Source: Treponemataceae bacterium (GTDB taxonomy: Bacteria > Spirochaetota > Spirochaetia > Treponematales > Rectinemataceae). From it: DNA of 64,000 nucleotides. The stretch is taken from the NCBI GenBank assembly GCA_963677895.2, contig CAXXGJ010000038.1, positions 96,001 through 160,000 of the forward strand, read 5' to 3'. Positions 36,787 through 47,111 of this stretch are shown here, one piece after another. The notes under the pieces are model-generated. The model searched no databases and had not been told where the DNA came from. It saw nothing but the letters and a program-made list of their open reading frames with translations. Each line of letters begins with the position of its first letter. Positions within the stretch are counted from its first letter, which is position 1. The position numbers and the translations under genes were made by a program.

Positions 36787-38061
36787 ATGAAACTATATTC
36801 GCGTCGACAGATGACGCTGGGCATTGCCGCTGGAGTGCTCGTGAGCGCCGCCCTCATTTTCGGTTCCGCTTTTTTTCTGGCCAGGAGCGGACTGTTCCAG
36901 GTCGATAAGGATCAGGATTCCAGCCAGTCAACCATCGAGCCGACTTCCGTCGGTTCCCAGGCCCTCCAGGGACAGATAGCCGCGGAGGGAAAGAATGCTA
37001 CGTCCAACCCCGACGAGTACCAAAACCCCTCAGGCTTGACATATTCAACGGATGAACGCGAGAGCATCAGCCTCTATGAGCGATACAACGAATCGGTCGT
37101 CAATATCACGACCGAAGTCGTCAACATCAACTGGTTCCTCGAGCCCGTTCCCCAAAGTGGAGGATCCGGCTCGGGCTCCATCATAGACACGAAGGGTCAT
37201 GTCCTCACCAATTACCATGTCGTACAGGGCGCCTATAAGCTATTCGTGAACATGGCCGACGGCAGTCAGTACGAAGCCTCGGTCGTGGGGGTCGATTCCC
37301 AGAATGACCTTGCCGTCATCCGCTTCAATCCGCCCTCGGGAATGGTGCTTCGGCCGATTTCCTTCGGATCGTCCAAAGGGCTCAAGGTAGGACAGAAGGT
37401 GCTGGCCATCGGCAATCCTTTCGGCCTTGAACGGACCTTGACCCAGGGCATAGTCTCGGGCCTGGGGAGACCGATACAGAAGGATGAAAAGACCATCCTC
37501 CAGAACATGATCCAAACCGACGCTTCCATAAATCCGGGGAATTCCGGCGGTCCGCTCTTCAATTCGGCCGGACAGATGGTCGGCATCAATACGATGATCT
37601 ATTCGCCTTCCGGCGGTTCGGTCGGCATCGGTTTCGCCATACCCGTCGATACGGCGAAGCGCATCATTCCCGAACTCCTCAAGGAGGGAAGGGTGCGGCG
37701 CGGATGGATAGACATGGAAGCCATACAGCTTTTCCCCGCCCTCCTTTCCTATCTCGAAAAGTCCAGCTACGCTTCGCCCGTGGAAAAAGGACTTCTCGTT
37801 TCGGCTATCAAGGGCGGCAGCGATGCGGACAAGGCTGGCCTCAAGGGCGGAAGCGTAGCCGTCCGCTATGGAACCTCCACCTTCAAGATCGGCGGGGACA
37901 TCATCGTCAGCGTGGACGGCCAGTCCATAGACAGCATAGCCGATCTCTACACCGCGCTCGAGGACAATAAGCCCGGCGAAAAGGTCTCGGTAGAGTTCTA
38001 TCGCGGAAAGCAGAAAATGAGGACGACGGTAACGCTCACGGAACAAGTCCAGGAAAAATAA
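36787..38061 (+). CDS. HtrA/DegP-family serine protease with one PDZ domain
   Basis: TM anchor; GSG, LTNYHV, DLAV, IQTDASINPGNSGGPL. Confidence 0.93.
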   Translation: MKLYSRRQMTLGIAAGVLVSAALIFGSAFFLARSGLFQVDKDQDSSQSTIEPTSVGSQALQGQIAAEGKNATSNPDEYQNPSGLTYSTDERESISLYERYNESVVNITTEVVNINWFLEPVPQSGGSGSGSIIDTKGHVLTNYHVVQGAYKLFVNMADGSQYEASVVGVDSQNDLAVIRFNPPSGMVLRPISFGSSKGLKVGQKVLAIGNPFGLERTLTQGIVSGLGRPIQKDEKTILQNMIQTDASINPGNSGGPLFNSAGQMVGINTMIYSPSGGSVGIGFAIPVDTAKRIIPELLKEGRVRRGWIDMEAIQLFPALLSYLEKSSYASPVEKGLLVSAIKGGSDADKAGLKGGSVAVRYGTSTFKIGGDIIVSVDGQSIDSIADLYTALEDNKPGEKVSVEFYRGKQKMRTTVTLTEQVQEK

Positions 38062-38084
38062 CCGGAAAAATAAAAGGAACAGCG

Positions 38085-40076
38085 ATGAAACCATTCAAGG
38101 TCGTAGCCCCCTTCGAACCGGCGGGCGATCAGGGGAGCGCGATCGGTACCCTTGTCGAGGCCGCGAAGTCGGGAACCAGATTCATGACGCTGAAAGGCGT
38201 TACGGGTTCGGGTAAAACTTTCACGATGGCCAAGGTGATAGAGGCGCTGCAGAAACCCACCCTCATCATTTCGCACAATAAAACCCTCTCCGCCCAGCTC
38301 TATCGCGAATTCAAGAGTTTTTTCCCCGAGAACGCGGTCGAATACTTCGTGTCCTACTACGATTATTACCAGCCTGAGGCATATGTGGCGTCCAAGGATC
38401 TCTACATCGAGAAGGACTCAAGCATCAACGACGAAATCGACAGGATGCGGCTTTCCGCCACGGCGGCCCTCATGGAACGCCGCGACGTGATAATCGTGGC
38501 GACCGTTTCCTGCATTTACGGCTTGGGTTCACCCGACCTCTACCGGGAAATGAGGATCTACCTCGACAAGGGCATGGTGCTGGATCTGGAGACGGTCAAG
38601 CGCAATCTCGTCAATCTTCAGTACGAACGGAACGATATGGTCCTCGAGCGGGGAAGGTTCAGGGTCAGGGGCGATATGCTCGAGATATTTCCCGCTTACC
38701 TGGAGGAAGCCTACCGAGTAGAACTGGATTTCGATACCGTGGCGAGAATCCGCAAGTTCGATCCGCTGACCGGCCACGCCGGAGACGACCTGGACGAGGC
38801 TGTCATCTATCCGGCCAAGCATTTCGTCATGCCCGAAAACCAAGTTCAAAAAGCGGTCTCCAGGATCAAGGAAGAGCTCGAAGCGCAGTACGAGCTTTTC
38901 ATGAGCCAGAACAAACTCATCGAAGCGCAGCGGATCAAGTCGCGCACCGAATACGACATCGAGATGATGGAAGAGATGGGGTACTGCTCGGGAATCGAGA
39001 ATTACTCGGCGCCGCTTTCGGGACGGGGCCCGGGCGAAAGACCCGGCGTACTGCTCGATTATTATCCAAGCGATTTCATGACCTTCATCGACGAATCCCA
39101 CGTAACCCTCTCGCAGATAGGCGCGATGTACTCCGGGGACAGGAGCAGGAAGACTTCCCTCGTGGATTACGGCTTCAGGCTGCCTTGCGCCCTCGACAAC
39201 AGGCCTCTCAAGATCGAGGAATTCGAATCCATGGTGAAGCAGGTAGTCTACGTTTCGGCCACTCCAGGCAAGGTGGAGATGGACCGTTCCTCGGTGGTTG
39301 CCGAGCAGATGATTCGCCCGACGGGGCTCGTGGATCCCGCGATTGAAGTCAGGCCGACCGAAGGACAGATGGAGGATATCTACGCGAGAGTAAAGGAGCG
39401 GGCGGCCATCGGTGAACGCAGCCTCATCATCACGCTTACCAAGAAAATGGCCGAGGAGCTGACGGAGTATCTGAGCGGCCTTGGATTGAGGGTGCGCTAT
39501 ATCCACTCCGAAGTCGAAACCATTGAGCGCGTAGAGATCCTGACGCAGCTGAGAGCCGGCGAGTTCGACGTGCTGGTGGGAATAAACCTCCTCCGCGAAG
39601 GCATCGATCTGCCCGAAGTATCGTTCATCGCCATCCTGGACGCCGACAAGATAGGATTCCTGCGATCGGCCACGAGCCTCATCCAGATAGTGGGAAGGGC
39701 GGCCAGGAACGCCGCCGGTCTCGTCGTCATGTACGCCGACAGGGAAAGCGACGCCATGAAGATCGCCATCCAAGAAACAAACCGGAGGAGGGCGATACAG
39801 GTAGCCTATAACATCGAGCACGGCATCACGCCGACGACCATCCGGAAGTCGGTGCACGACATCCTGGAACGGCACAAGGAAGAGAAGATCGACACGACCC
39901 TCGACGAAGTCAGCTTCCTCAAGAAGACCCACAACATGCTCGTGCCGGAGCAGCGAAAGTCCCTCGTCAAAGCCCTCGAGCAGCGCATGCTGGAACATGC
40001 CAAGAATCTGGAGTTCGAGGAAGCGGCGCTCATCCGCGATGAAATCGCTCGCGTAAAAGAAGGCGGCGATGTATAA
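38085..40076 (+). CDS. uvrB: Excinuclease ABC subunit B
   Basis: PAGDQ, GVTGSGKTFT, YYDYYQPEAY, DESH, GINLLREG, GRAARN, C-terminal UVR domain. Confidence 0.98.
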   Translation: MKPFKVVAPFEPAGDQGSAIGTLVEAAKSGTRFMTLKGVTGSGKTFTMAKVIEALQKPTLIISHNKTLSAQLYREFKSFFPENAVEYFVSYYDYYQPEAYVASKDLYIEKDSSINDEIDRMRLSATAALMERRDVIIVATVSCIYGLGSPDLYREMRIYLDKGMVLDLETVKRNLVNLQYERNDMVLERGRFRVRGDMLEIFPAYLEEAYRVELDFDTVARIRKFDPLTGHAGDDLDEAVIYPAKHFVMPENQVQKAVSRIKEELEAQYELFMSQNKLIEAQRIKSRTEYDIEMMEEMGYCSGIENYSAPLSGRGPGERPGVLLDYYPSDFMTFIDESHVTLSQIGAMYSGDRSRKTSLVDYGFRLPCALDNRPLKIEEFESMVKQVVYVSATPGKVEMDRSSVVAEQMIRPTGLVDPAIEVRPTEGQMEDIYARVKERAAIGERSLIITLTKKMAEELTEYLSGLGLRVRYIHSEVETIERVEILTQLRAGEFDVLVGINLLREGIDLPEVSFIAILDADKIGFLRSATSLIQIVGRAARNAAGLVVMYADRESDAMKIAIQETNRRRAIQVAYNIEHGITPTTIRKSVHDILERHKEEKIDTTLDEVSFLKKTHNMLVPEQRKSLVKALEQRMLEHAKNLEFEEAALIRDEIARVKEGGDV

Positions 40077-40120
40077 TCGCCTTAACTTTTAGGCCATAAA
40101 GCAAATTCAAGGAAGTTCCG

Positions 40121-41131
40121 ATGCAAAAAAGGCCCAGCGGGGAATTCGCCGTAGAGGATGCCTATTTCCCTGTCATAGACGCGCACTGCGATGCGCTTCT
40201 CGCCGTCATCGGCAAGAGCCAGATTCCCGGCGATACGGGAAGGCGTGATTTTCTCGCGAGAAACGAAATCAGCCATATCGACCTCCCCAAACTCCTGGAA
40301 GGAAGAGTCCGCTGTCAATTCATGGCGCTTTTTGCCGAAGACGAAGATCTGCCGCGTGTAAAAGCCTATACGCATGGACTCATCGATGAGTTCGAGGCGA
40401 TCTGCGCCAGAGCCGAAGGCCGGATGTTCGCCGTCAGGACCGCTTCGGACCTGGATAAGGCTTTGCCGGGAACGAGCGTGGGCGGCCTTCTCTCCATTGA
40501 AGGAGCCGAAGCCCTGGAAGGCAGCCTGGATTCCGTGGATGAATTCTACGGCCGCGGCGTGCGCGCCATCGGCATCACCTGGAACAGGCGGAATGCCTTC
40601 GGGCGCGGCGTCCGGGCCGAAGGAGAGGACGGTTTGACGCCGCTGGGCCGCGAACTCGTGGAAAAAATGGAGTCCATGGGCATGATCGTGGACTGCTCCC
40701 ATCTCTCGGACAAGGCCTTCGACGACCTTGCCCAGGTGGCCAGGAGACCATTCATCGCGTCGCATTCCAACGCCCGCAGCCTGAACGACCATCCGCGCAA
40801 CCTCGAGGACCGGCAAATCAGGCGGATCGCGGAAGGGGGCGGCGCCGTCGGGGCCGTCTTCGTGCCCAATTTCGTATCCATGAAGCCCGAGAAATCCTTC
40901 CTCGAACACCTGATCGACCATATAGACCACATCGTCAACGTAGGCGGATTGGATTCGGCCGCCCTGGGCTCGGATTTCGACGGCTACCGTTGCGTGGAAG
41001 GCCATGTTCTGGCGGACGCATCCGAGTTTCCCATCCTGGCGCAGGCCCTCTCGCGGCGCGGCTACGCGGCGGGGCAGATCGAAAAGATCTTCTCGAAGAA
41101 CTGGGAGAGGGTCATCCGTGAGATTCTCTAG
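40121..41131 (+). CDS. Membrane dipeptidase family (M19) peptidase
   Basis: DAHCD, SIEG, TWN, DCSH, SHSN, HPRN, GSDFDG. Confidence 0.92.
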   Translation: MQKRPSGEFAVEDAYFPVIDAHCDALLAVIGKSQIPGDTGRRDFLARNEISHIDLPKLLEGRVRCQFMALFAEDEDLPRVKAYTHGLIDEFEAICARAEGRMFAVRTASDLDKALPGTSVGGLLSIEGAEALEGSLDSVDEFYGRGVRAIGITWNRRNAFGRGVRAEGEDGLTPLGRELVEKMESMGMIVDCSHLSDKAFDDLAQVARRPFIASHSNARSLNDHPRNLEDRQIRRIAEGGGAVGAVFVPNFVSMKPEKSFLEHLIDHIDHIVNVGGLDSAALGSDFDGYRCVEGHVLADASEFPILAQALSRRGYAAGQIEKIFSKNWERVIREIL

Positions 41132-41659
41132 GTGAAAGGACGCAAGATAGCCCTCATCGGCTTCATGGGGAGCGGCAAAAGCTGCATCGGCAAGGTTCTG
41201 GCCTCGAGACTGGCGGTTTCTTTCATGGATACGGATGAGGAGATAGAGCGCGTCAGCGCGCGCAGCATCCGCGAAATATTCGAAAGCGAAGGGGAAGCAG
41301 CCTTCAGGAAGCTGGAGGAGGAAATCCTTTCAGGTCTTGGCCGGCGCGGCGACGACTTCGTCCTTTCCTGCGGCGGCGGCATCGTCATGTCGCCCGCCAA
41401 CAGAATGCTCCTCGCGAGCGCTTACGACACCGTCTGGATCGATGTCCCCCTCGCGGAACTCCTGCGCAGGCTGGCGGGCGAAACCGGCCATCGCCCCCTC
41501 CTCAATTCCGACGACTACGCGAGAAAGGCCGAAGAACTTCTGCGCGTCAGAAGGCCGTTCTACGAGGAGGCCAGCCGATTCGTCTATCGTTGGAAGGAAA
41601 ACGAATCCACGAGCGATTCGGCCGGCGCCATAATGGAAATTCTGGGCGACAGCCGCTGA
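41132..41659 (+). CDS. aroK: Shikimate kinase
   Basis: GFMGSGKS, DTD, GEAAFR, GGG, RPLL, R..FY. Confidence 0.93.
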   Translation: MKGRKIALIGFMGSGKSCIGKVLASRLAVSFMDTDEEIERVSARSIREIFESEGEAAFRKLEEEILSGLGRRGDDFVLSCGGGIVMSPANRMLLASAYDTVWIDVPLAELLRRLAGETGHRPLLNSDDYARKAEELLRVRRPFYEEASRFVYRWKENESTSDSAGAIMEILGDSR

Positions 41660-41755
41660 ATCAGTCGGCCGCGGCATACAGAGGACAGCCGCTGAATCAG
41701 TCGGCCGCGGCATACAGAGGATAGCCGCTGAATCAGCCAGCCGCGGCGTGCAGTG
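41648..41755. repeat. 3 x 36-bp tandem repeat at the aroK/thiQ convergent junction
   Basis: GACAGCCGCTGAATCAGTCGGCCGCGGCATACAGAG twice exactly (41648, 41684) plus a diverged third copy (41720). Confidence 0.9.
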
Positions 41756-42893
41756 GCAGGATGCCGCACTTCCGCGGATCGATGGAAAGCCTGATTTTCT
41801 CGCCCGGGACGATTCTGGACGAAAGATCGGTTTCCATCTCGATGACATCTTCCGCGCCGGGGATTTCGACGCCAGGGATCTCCGCCCCGAAGCTGTCGAT
41901 CTGCTGTCCGGAAAGCATGGGCCTTAGCGCTATCCTTCTGTAATTGCCCTGGAATACCACCCTTTCCACGATAGCGTCCATGCGGTCGATGCCAGCCACT
42001 CCCGCCGCGGCCGAGGCTTCAGTTAAAAAGACCGCCTTCCTAGGAATGAAGAAAAAGACGCCACGTCCCCCGCCGTCCTTTCCGACTGCCTTGTAGGCGG
42101 CCGCGGCGCATGTAAAGCGGCCGAAGGGAGTGACGGCCACCATCAAGCCCTCTCCACGAGGTTCAATGGCCTTCAGCGGCAGGAGAGAGCCCAGCCCGAG
42201 GAAGCGGACGCACCAGGCGTCAGGCGGATTCTCGTAGATGGCCTGGGGCGTGCCTCTGGCGAGAATCCTTCCCTCGTTCATGAGGAAAACCCTGTCGCCC
42301 AATTCCAGGGCTTCTTCGACATCGTGGGTTACGTGAAGCGCGGTTATGCCTTCGCGCGAGAGCGTCGAACGCAGATAAGCCCGTAGTTCCCGCCTGAGTG
42401 GCGCGTCGAGCGAGGAAAGCGGCTCGTCCATGAGGAGTAGACCCGGCTTTATCGCGATGGCTCTCGCGAAGGCCAGCCGCTGCCGTTCGCCGCCTGACAT
42501 GGCGAAAGGCCTGCGATCGAGCAGCGCAGTTATTTTCAGTTTTTCAGCCAGGGTTTTGACGATGACGCCAGCCTCTGTCCCGCGGATTTTTCTCCGCCCG
42601 AGGCCGAACTCGATGTTTTCCCTCCCTGTCAGATGATCGAAAAGGGCGAGGTCCTGGAATACGAAGCCGATATTGCGCTTTTCCGGCGGTAAAAGACCGA
42701 TTTCCCTGCCCTCGACAATTATGCTCCCCGAGTTCTGGCGCTCCAGGCCGGCTACGCATCGGAGCAGCGTGGTTTTGCCGCAACCCGATGGCCCCAGTAT
42801 GACGCCTGTCATGCCCTTCTCCAGGGCGAGGGATGCCGAGAGGCTGAAATCTCCGCGCGCGAAGCCGAGCCCTGAAATTTCAAGATGATTCAT
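41733..42893 (-). CDS. thiQ: Thiamine ABC transporter ATP-binding protein
   Basis: GPSGCGKT, FQDLALF, MSGGERQR, LMDEP, TOBE-like tail; operon context. Confidence 0.8.
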   Translation of the reverse strand: MNHLEISGLGFARGDFSLSASLALEKGMTGVILGPSGCGKTTLLRCVAGLERQNSGSIIVEGREIGLLPPEKRNIGFVFQDLALFDHLTGRENIEFGLGRRKIRGTEAGVIVKTLAEKLKITALLDRRPFAMSGGERQRLAFARAIAIKPGLLLMDEPLSSLDAPLRRELRAYLRSTLSREGITALHVTHDVEEALELGDRVFLMNEGRILARGTPQAIYENPPDAWCVRFLGLGSLLPLKAIEPRGEGLMVAVTPFGRFTCAAAAYKAVGKDGGGRGVFFFIPRKAVFLTEASAAAGVAGIDRMDAIVERVVFQGNYRRIALRPMLSGQQIDSFGAEIPGVEIPGAEDVIEMETDLSSRIVPGEKIRLSIDPRKCGILPLHAAAG

Positions 42894-44658
42894 TGGTCCT
42901 CTCTTTGAAGAAAAAAGCGACGCTCGTGAAGATCGCCAAGATGATTCCCACCGCGCAAGCCTCGTTGAAGCGATAGGATGAGGTGAGTCTGTAGAGCAAA
43001 AGGGGGAGGGTTTCGTACTTCCCGCTTCCGAGTATGAGAGGAATATTGACATCGCCCATAGTGATGGAGAAGGCAAAGGCGGCGGCGCTGGCCACCGAGG
43101 GCGCTATGATGGCCGCGTCCACGCGCGCGAGAGCGTGGTATGGCCCCGAGCCAAGCGTCCGCGCCGCCTCGTTCTTTCTCCTGTCGATGGCGGAGAAGGC
43201 GGCCGACAGGGACCGGGCGACAAAGGGCCACGCGATCGATGTCTGGCCGATCACGATGAGGAATCCGCCGCTGGAATCGAGCAGCGCGCTCCATCCCGCC
43301 GTAATGAGCGCGGGCGAAAGGGCGAGCGGCAGTAAAGTGATCCAGCCGCTTAGCGATGCTCTCGTGCCGCCAATGCCGATTACGCCCCGAAAGCCGCCCG
43401 GGCCTTTGCCCAGTGTCGTTCTTTCGCCGTAATGGGATGAAGCGGCGACCGCCAGGCCGAAAAAAGTAGCCAGAAGCGCGGCCGATCCGCTCAGGAGAAG
43501 ACTGTTGGCCGCGGCTTTCAGCAGCGGGGCGCCGCCGACGAGGTTGGTGCCGGACGGCCGCGTCCCGAAGATGTTCAAGCCAAGCAAGCGCGCGAAATTA
43601 TCCAGCCCGAACCGGGTACCTCCAGCCATGGAGCTTCGAACCATAAAGGCCTCGGCGGTGAGCGCTAAAAGAGGCCCTAAGAAAAATACAACGATGAGCG
43701 CGAAGTATAGAACGATAGCAGAAGCGGCGGCTCCCGAAGGCGATCCGCGCGTGGGCGCCTCCCCGAAACCCTTCGCCGCGGCGACGCTTTTCCTGTCGAA
43801 ATGCGAAAAAGCGCCCACAGCCAGGAGGGCTATGACGGTCTGCGTAAAAGCGAGGACGAGGGCTTTGGGCTTGTCGTTCGTAAACCGTATAGCCCTGTAG
43901 ATTCCCACTTCCAGCGTCGTGCCGGCCAGACCTCCGAACACGAGGACGATGGTGAAGCTGAAAAAGCAGAAAAGGAAAACCAGGCTGGCGGATTGGAGAA
44001 TGGAGGGCAGGAGATAGGGAAGGGTGCCCATGGAAAAGGCGCGCAGTTTGCCGGCGCCCAGGGTTCTGGCCGCTTCTTCCCTGCTTCTGGGCATCTTTGC
44101 CCAGACCGAGCCGACGTTCTGGATGATTATGGGAAAGTTGTAGAAGGCATGGACGAAGACGAGCCCCCAGAGCGAGTAAAGAAGGCTGCCGCCCTGCCAT
44201 TCCAGGCCAGCCCTGGCGAGGGCGAGGGTAAACCAGCCGTTTTTCCCGTAGTAAAGGATAAAGGAAAGAATGACCAGAATGGATGGAAGGCAGAAGGGAA
44301 TCGCGGCGAGCGCAAGAAAGAAGCGCCTGCCGCGAAAGTCGTATTTAGCGATGAAATAGGCGCCCGGAAAACCGATGATCAGGGCGAGCAAAGTGCTCAA
44401 GAAAGCCTGGGTCAGGCTGAATTTGAGCGCCGCGAGAGTGGAGGGAGAAAAAAGCGACCGTATGAGGAGAGCCACCGAGACAGCGTCGCCACTCCCGGCA
44501 TCGCCAGGATAGGCGCCGCCAGGAATGACGACGCCAGGAATGGCGATGCCGGCTGTCCGCTGAAAGGAGGACAGCGTGAAGGCGACAAGCGGAGATAGGG
44601 TGAAGGCCACCGCCGCGAAGGCGATAACCCGCAGTGAACTCGCGTTCCTGCCTCTCAT
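42880..44658 (-). CDS. thiP: Thiamine ABC transporter permease
   Basis: Two EAA loops (EEAARTLGA, NEAARTLGS), HAFYNFP; follows thiB. Confidence 0.85.
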   Translation of the reverse strand: MRGRNASSLRVIAFAAVAFTLSPLVAFTLSSFQRTAGIAIPGVVIPGGAYPGDAGSGDAVSVALLIRSLFSPSTLAALKFSLTQAFLSTLLALIIGFPGAYFIAKYDFRGRRFFLALAAIPFCLPSILVILSFILYYGKNGWFTLALARAGLEWQGGSLLYSLWGLVFVHAFYNFPIIIQNVGSVWAKMPRSREEAARTLGAGKLRAFSMGTLPYLLPSILQSASLVFLFCFFSFTIVLVFGGLAGTTLEVGIYRAIRFTNDKPKALVLAFTQTVIALLAVGAFSHFDRKSVAAAKGFGEAPTRGSPSGAAASAIVLYFALIVVFFLGPLLALTAEAFMVRSSMAGGTRFGLDNFARLLGLNIFGTRPSGTNLVGGAPLLKAAANSLLLSGSAALLATFFGLAVAASSHYGERTTLGKGPGGFRGVIGIGGTRASLSGWITLLPLALSPALITAGWSALLDSSGGFLIVIGQTSIAWPFVARSLSAAFSAIDRRKNEAARTLGSGPYHALARVDAAIIAPSVASAAAFAFSITMGDVNIPLILGSGKYETLPLLLYRLTSSYRFNEACAVGIILAIFTSVAFFFKERTNESS

Positions 44659-44676
44659 AGGGATTCCCTCACCGGT

Positions 44677-45732
44677 TCAGCGGGCCGCTTCCGCCAGCAG
44701 CGCGGCCGCTGTTTCGGAATCGCTGCGGAAATCGGCGATTCGTGTTTTCAGGGTGACGATATCGCCTGGCACGACGGAGAAGGATGCCGGGAGCACTGTA
44801 GATCCGTTGGCGGGATACATCCATTGGGTTTCGGGAAGAATAGCCTGCGCTTCCTCGGAAATGAGGAAGTCGAGAAATTTTTCCGCTTCCTTTTTGTGTT
44901 TGGAGGAGGAGAGGAGGCCGGCCAGTTCGATTTGGGCCGAATGTCCTTCGGCGAAAACCAGGGCTTTGTACCGTTCGGTGTTCTCGTATGACTTGTGGTA
45001 GGCGGGACTCGTGCTGTAGCTCAGGACAAGAGGCGCCTCGCCCTTGGTGAAAAGCCCATAGCCTGTGTCCCAGCCGGGCGTCATAGCGAGCACTGACGGA
45101 CCCAGGCGCTTCCAGTAATCCTGCCAGTTTTCCTTATAGACCGCCTGGGTCCACGCGAGGAATCCTAGGCCGGGCGTCGAGGTACGCGGATCCATGAGTA
45201 TCAGTTTTTTGGCATACTCGGGTTTAGTTAGATCCTCCAGGCTGGCGGGGGGCGTTATTCCTGACTCGCTGTCCCAGATGATGGCGAAGTTGCCGTAATC
45301 GTAGGGGATGAGCCGGTTTTTTTCATCCACAAGAAGTTTGGGATCTATTTTGGGGAGATTGCTTAACTTTACGCTGCTGAAGAGGCCGGTTCCCAGGGCT
45401 TGTCCGGCGGTGTTGTCGTCGAGGCCGATGACAATATCGGCTTCGGCTTTCTTTCCGGCATTGAGTACGGCGGCGAGAAGCCCGCCTCCATCGCCCTTGG
45501 ATACGAATTCCACTTTCGTGCCGGCTTTTTCTTCGTAGAGCTTCGCAAGCGCCGCGCCAGGACCCCATTCGGATACAAAGGAGTCGTAGGTCCATACGGT
45601 CAGGTTTTTGGATTCGGCCTCCTGGCAGGATGTCGCCAGGATCGCTACAAGGACGGTCAAAAGGACCGTTGACAGAACTGCGACGAAAGACTTGCGTGAA
45701 GTCCTCGTTTTAAAGAAACGAATGGTATTCAT
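44677..45732 (-). CDS. thiB: Thiamine ABC transporter substrate-binding lipoprotein
   Basis: LATSC lipobox, TYDSFVSEWGPG, DPRTSTPGLGF, GW, SYSTSPAYH, QWMYP; TPP riboswitch upstream. Confidence 0.93.
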   Translation of the reverse strand: MNTIRFFKTRTSRKSFVAVLSTVLLTVLVAILATSCQEAESKNLTVWTYDSFVSEWGPGAALAKLYEEKAGTKVEFVSKGDGGGLLAAVLNAGKKAEADIVIGLDDNTAGQALGTGLFSSVKLSNLPKIDPKLLVDEKNRLIPYDYGNFAIIWDSESGITPPASLEDLTKPEYAKKLILMDPRTSTPGLGFLAWTQAVYKENWQDYWKRLGPSVLAMTPGWDTGYGLFTKGEAPLVLSYSTSPAYHKSYENTERYKALVFAEGHSAQIELAGLLSSSKHKKEAEKFLDFLISEEAQAILPETQWMYPANGSTVLPASFSVVPGDIVTLKTRIADFRSDSETAAALLAEAAR

Positions 45733-45734
45733 TT

Positions 45735-45830
45735 CTCCCTCCGCCGGTATTACCCGGATCAGGTTCATCGGGTCTTATCTCAGACGCGAGATCCTTCAAC
45801 GAAGAATCTCGTGCCACCCCGGTGTTGCGA
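45735..45830 (-). ncRNA. TPP riboswitch
   Basis: Minus strand CCGGGGTG...CTGAGATAAGACCCGATGAACCTGATCCGGGTAATACCGGCGGAGGGA directly before the thiB ATG. Confidence 0.93.
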
Positions 45831-45857
45831 ATTTAGGCGCCTAGCCGGCGCAATCTC

Positions 45858-47111
45858 TCAAGCCGTCTTTTTTTCATATTCGACGATGCAGGGAATCGTG
45901 CCTTCCACGACTGCCTTGTTTATGATGACGCGTTTGATGCCTTTTTCGCTCGGAAGGTCGAACATGATGTCTATCATCATGGCTTCGACGATGGAGCGTA
46001 GGCCTCTGGCTCCCGTTTTCTGCGCTATCGCTTTTTCCGCGATCGCTTCCACGGCGTCGTTCTCGAAGACGAGTTCTACGTTATCCAGCTTCAGGGAGGC
46101 CTGATACTGGCGCAGCACTGAATTTCTCGGTTCGGTTATGATGCGTTTCAGGTCGTCCTTGTTGAGATCGTCCAGGGCGACATGGATGGGAAGGCGGCCG
46201 ATGAATTCCGGTATCATGCCGAACCTGATGAGATCGTCGGGATGAAGGTGGGAATAGATTTCGTGGAGGTTCTTCTCGCTGTGCAGCTTGATGTCGGCGC
46301 CGAAACCGAGAGCGTGACTGGATACTCTCGATTCGATGATCTTATCGAGGCTGACGAAAGCGCCGCCGCAGATGAACAGGATGTTGGTGGTGTCTATCTT
46401 GAGATATTCCTGGTTGGGATGCTTGCGCCCGCCCTGCGGGGGGACGTTCGCGATGGTTCCTTCGATAATCTTCAGGAGGGCCTGCTGGACGCCTTCGCCC
46501 GATACGTCGCGCGTGATCGAGGGGTTCTCGCTCTTGCGCGCGATCTTGTCGATTTCGTCGATATAGATGATGCCGCGCTCCGCCGCCTCGATGTTGCCGC
46601 CGGCGGCCTGTATGAGCTTGAGGAGGATATTCTCCACGTCTTCGCCTACGTAGCCGGCTTCCGTGAGGGTAGTGGCGTCGGCGATGGCGAAGGGTACCTT
46701 CAGCTTTTTGGCGAGGGTTTTGGCGAGAAGGGTTTTTCCGGTTCCCGTGGGGCCTATGAGGAGGACGTTGGCCTTTTCGAGTTCGACGTCGGAATCGGCG
46801 ATCTGCCGGTGTTGTATGCGCTTGTAATGGTTGTAGACGGCTACCGACAGCACGCGCTTCGCGGAATCCTGGCCGATGACGTAACTGTCGAGATATTCCT
46901 TGATGGCCTTAGGCTTGGGCACGTCCTCGAGGAAAGAGGAGGAAATTTTCTGCTCTTCCTCCCTGAGTATCTGTTCGCAGACATTGACGCACTCATCGCA
47001 GATATTCACGCCTGGGCCGGCGATCATTTTTTTCGAGAACGCGTTGCTTTTGCCGCAGAAGGAACAGAAAGCTTCAGGTTCAGACTGTTCAGGCTTTTTG
47101 GATTTGGGCAT
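45858..47111 (-). CDS. clpX: ATP-dependent Clp protease ATP-binding subunit ClpX
   Basis: CSFCGK...CDEC zinc finger, [35 protein letters not shown]. Confidence 0.98.
   Translation of the reverse strand: MPKSKKPEQSEPEAFCSFCGKSNAFSKKMIAGPGVNICDECVNVCEQILREEEQKISSSFLEDVPKPKAIKEYLDSYVIGQDSAKRVLSVAVYNHYKRIQHRQIADSDVELEKANVLLIGPTGTGKTLLAKTLAKKLKVPFAIADATTLTEAGYVGEDVENILLKLIQAAGGNIEAAERGIIYIDEIDKIARKSENPSITRDVSGEGVQQALLKIIEGTIANVPPQGGRKHPNQEYLKIDTTNILFICGGAFVSLDKIIESRVSSHALGFGADIKLHSEKNLHEIYSHLHPDDLIRFGMIPEFIGRLPIHVALDDLNKDDLKRIITEPRNSVLRQYQASLKLDNVELVFENDAVEAIAEKAIAQKTGARGLRSIVEAMMIDIMFDLPSEKGIKRVIINKAVVEGTIPCIVEYEKKTA

Noticed and set aside
41648..41755. 36-bp repeats as a mini CRISPR array
   Set aside because: Units are contiguous with no spacers, no leader and no cas genes, and they overlap gene ends
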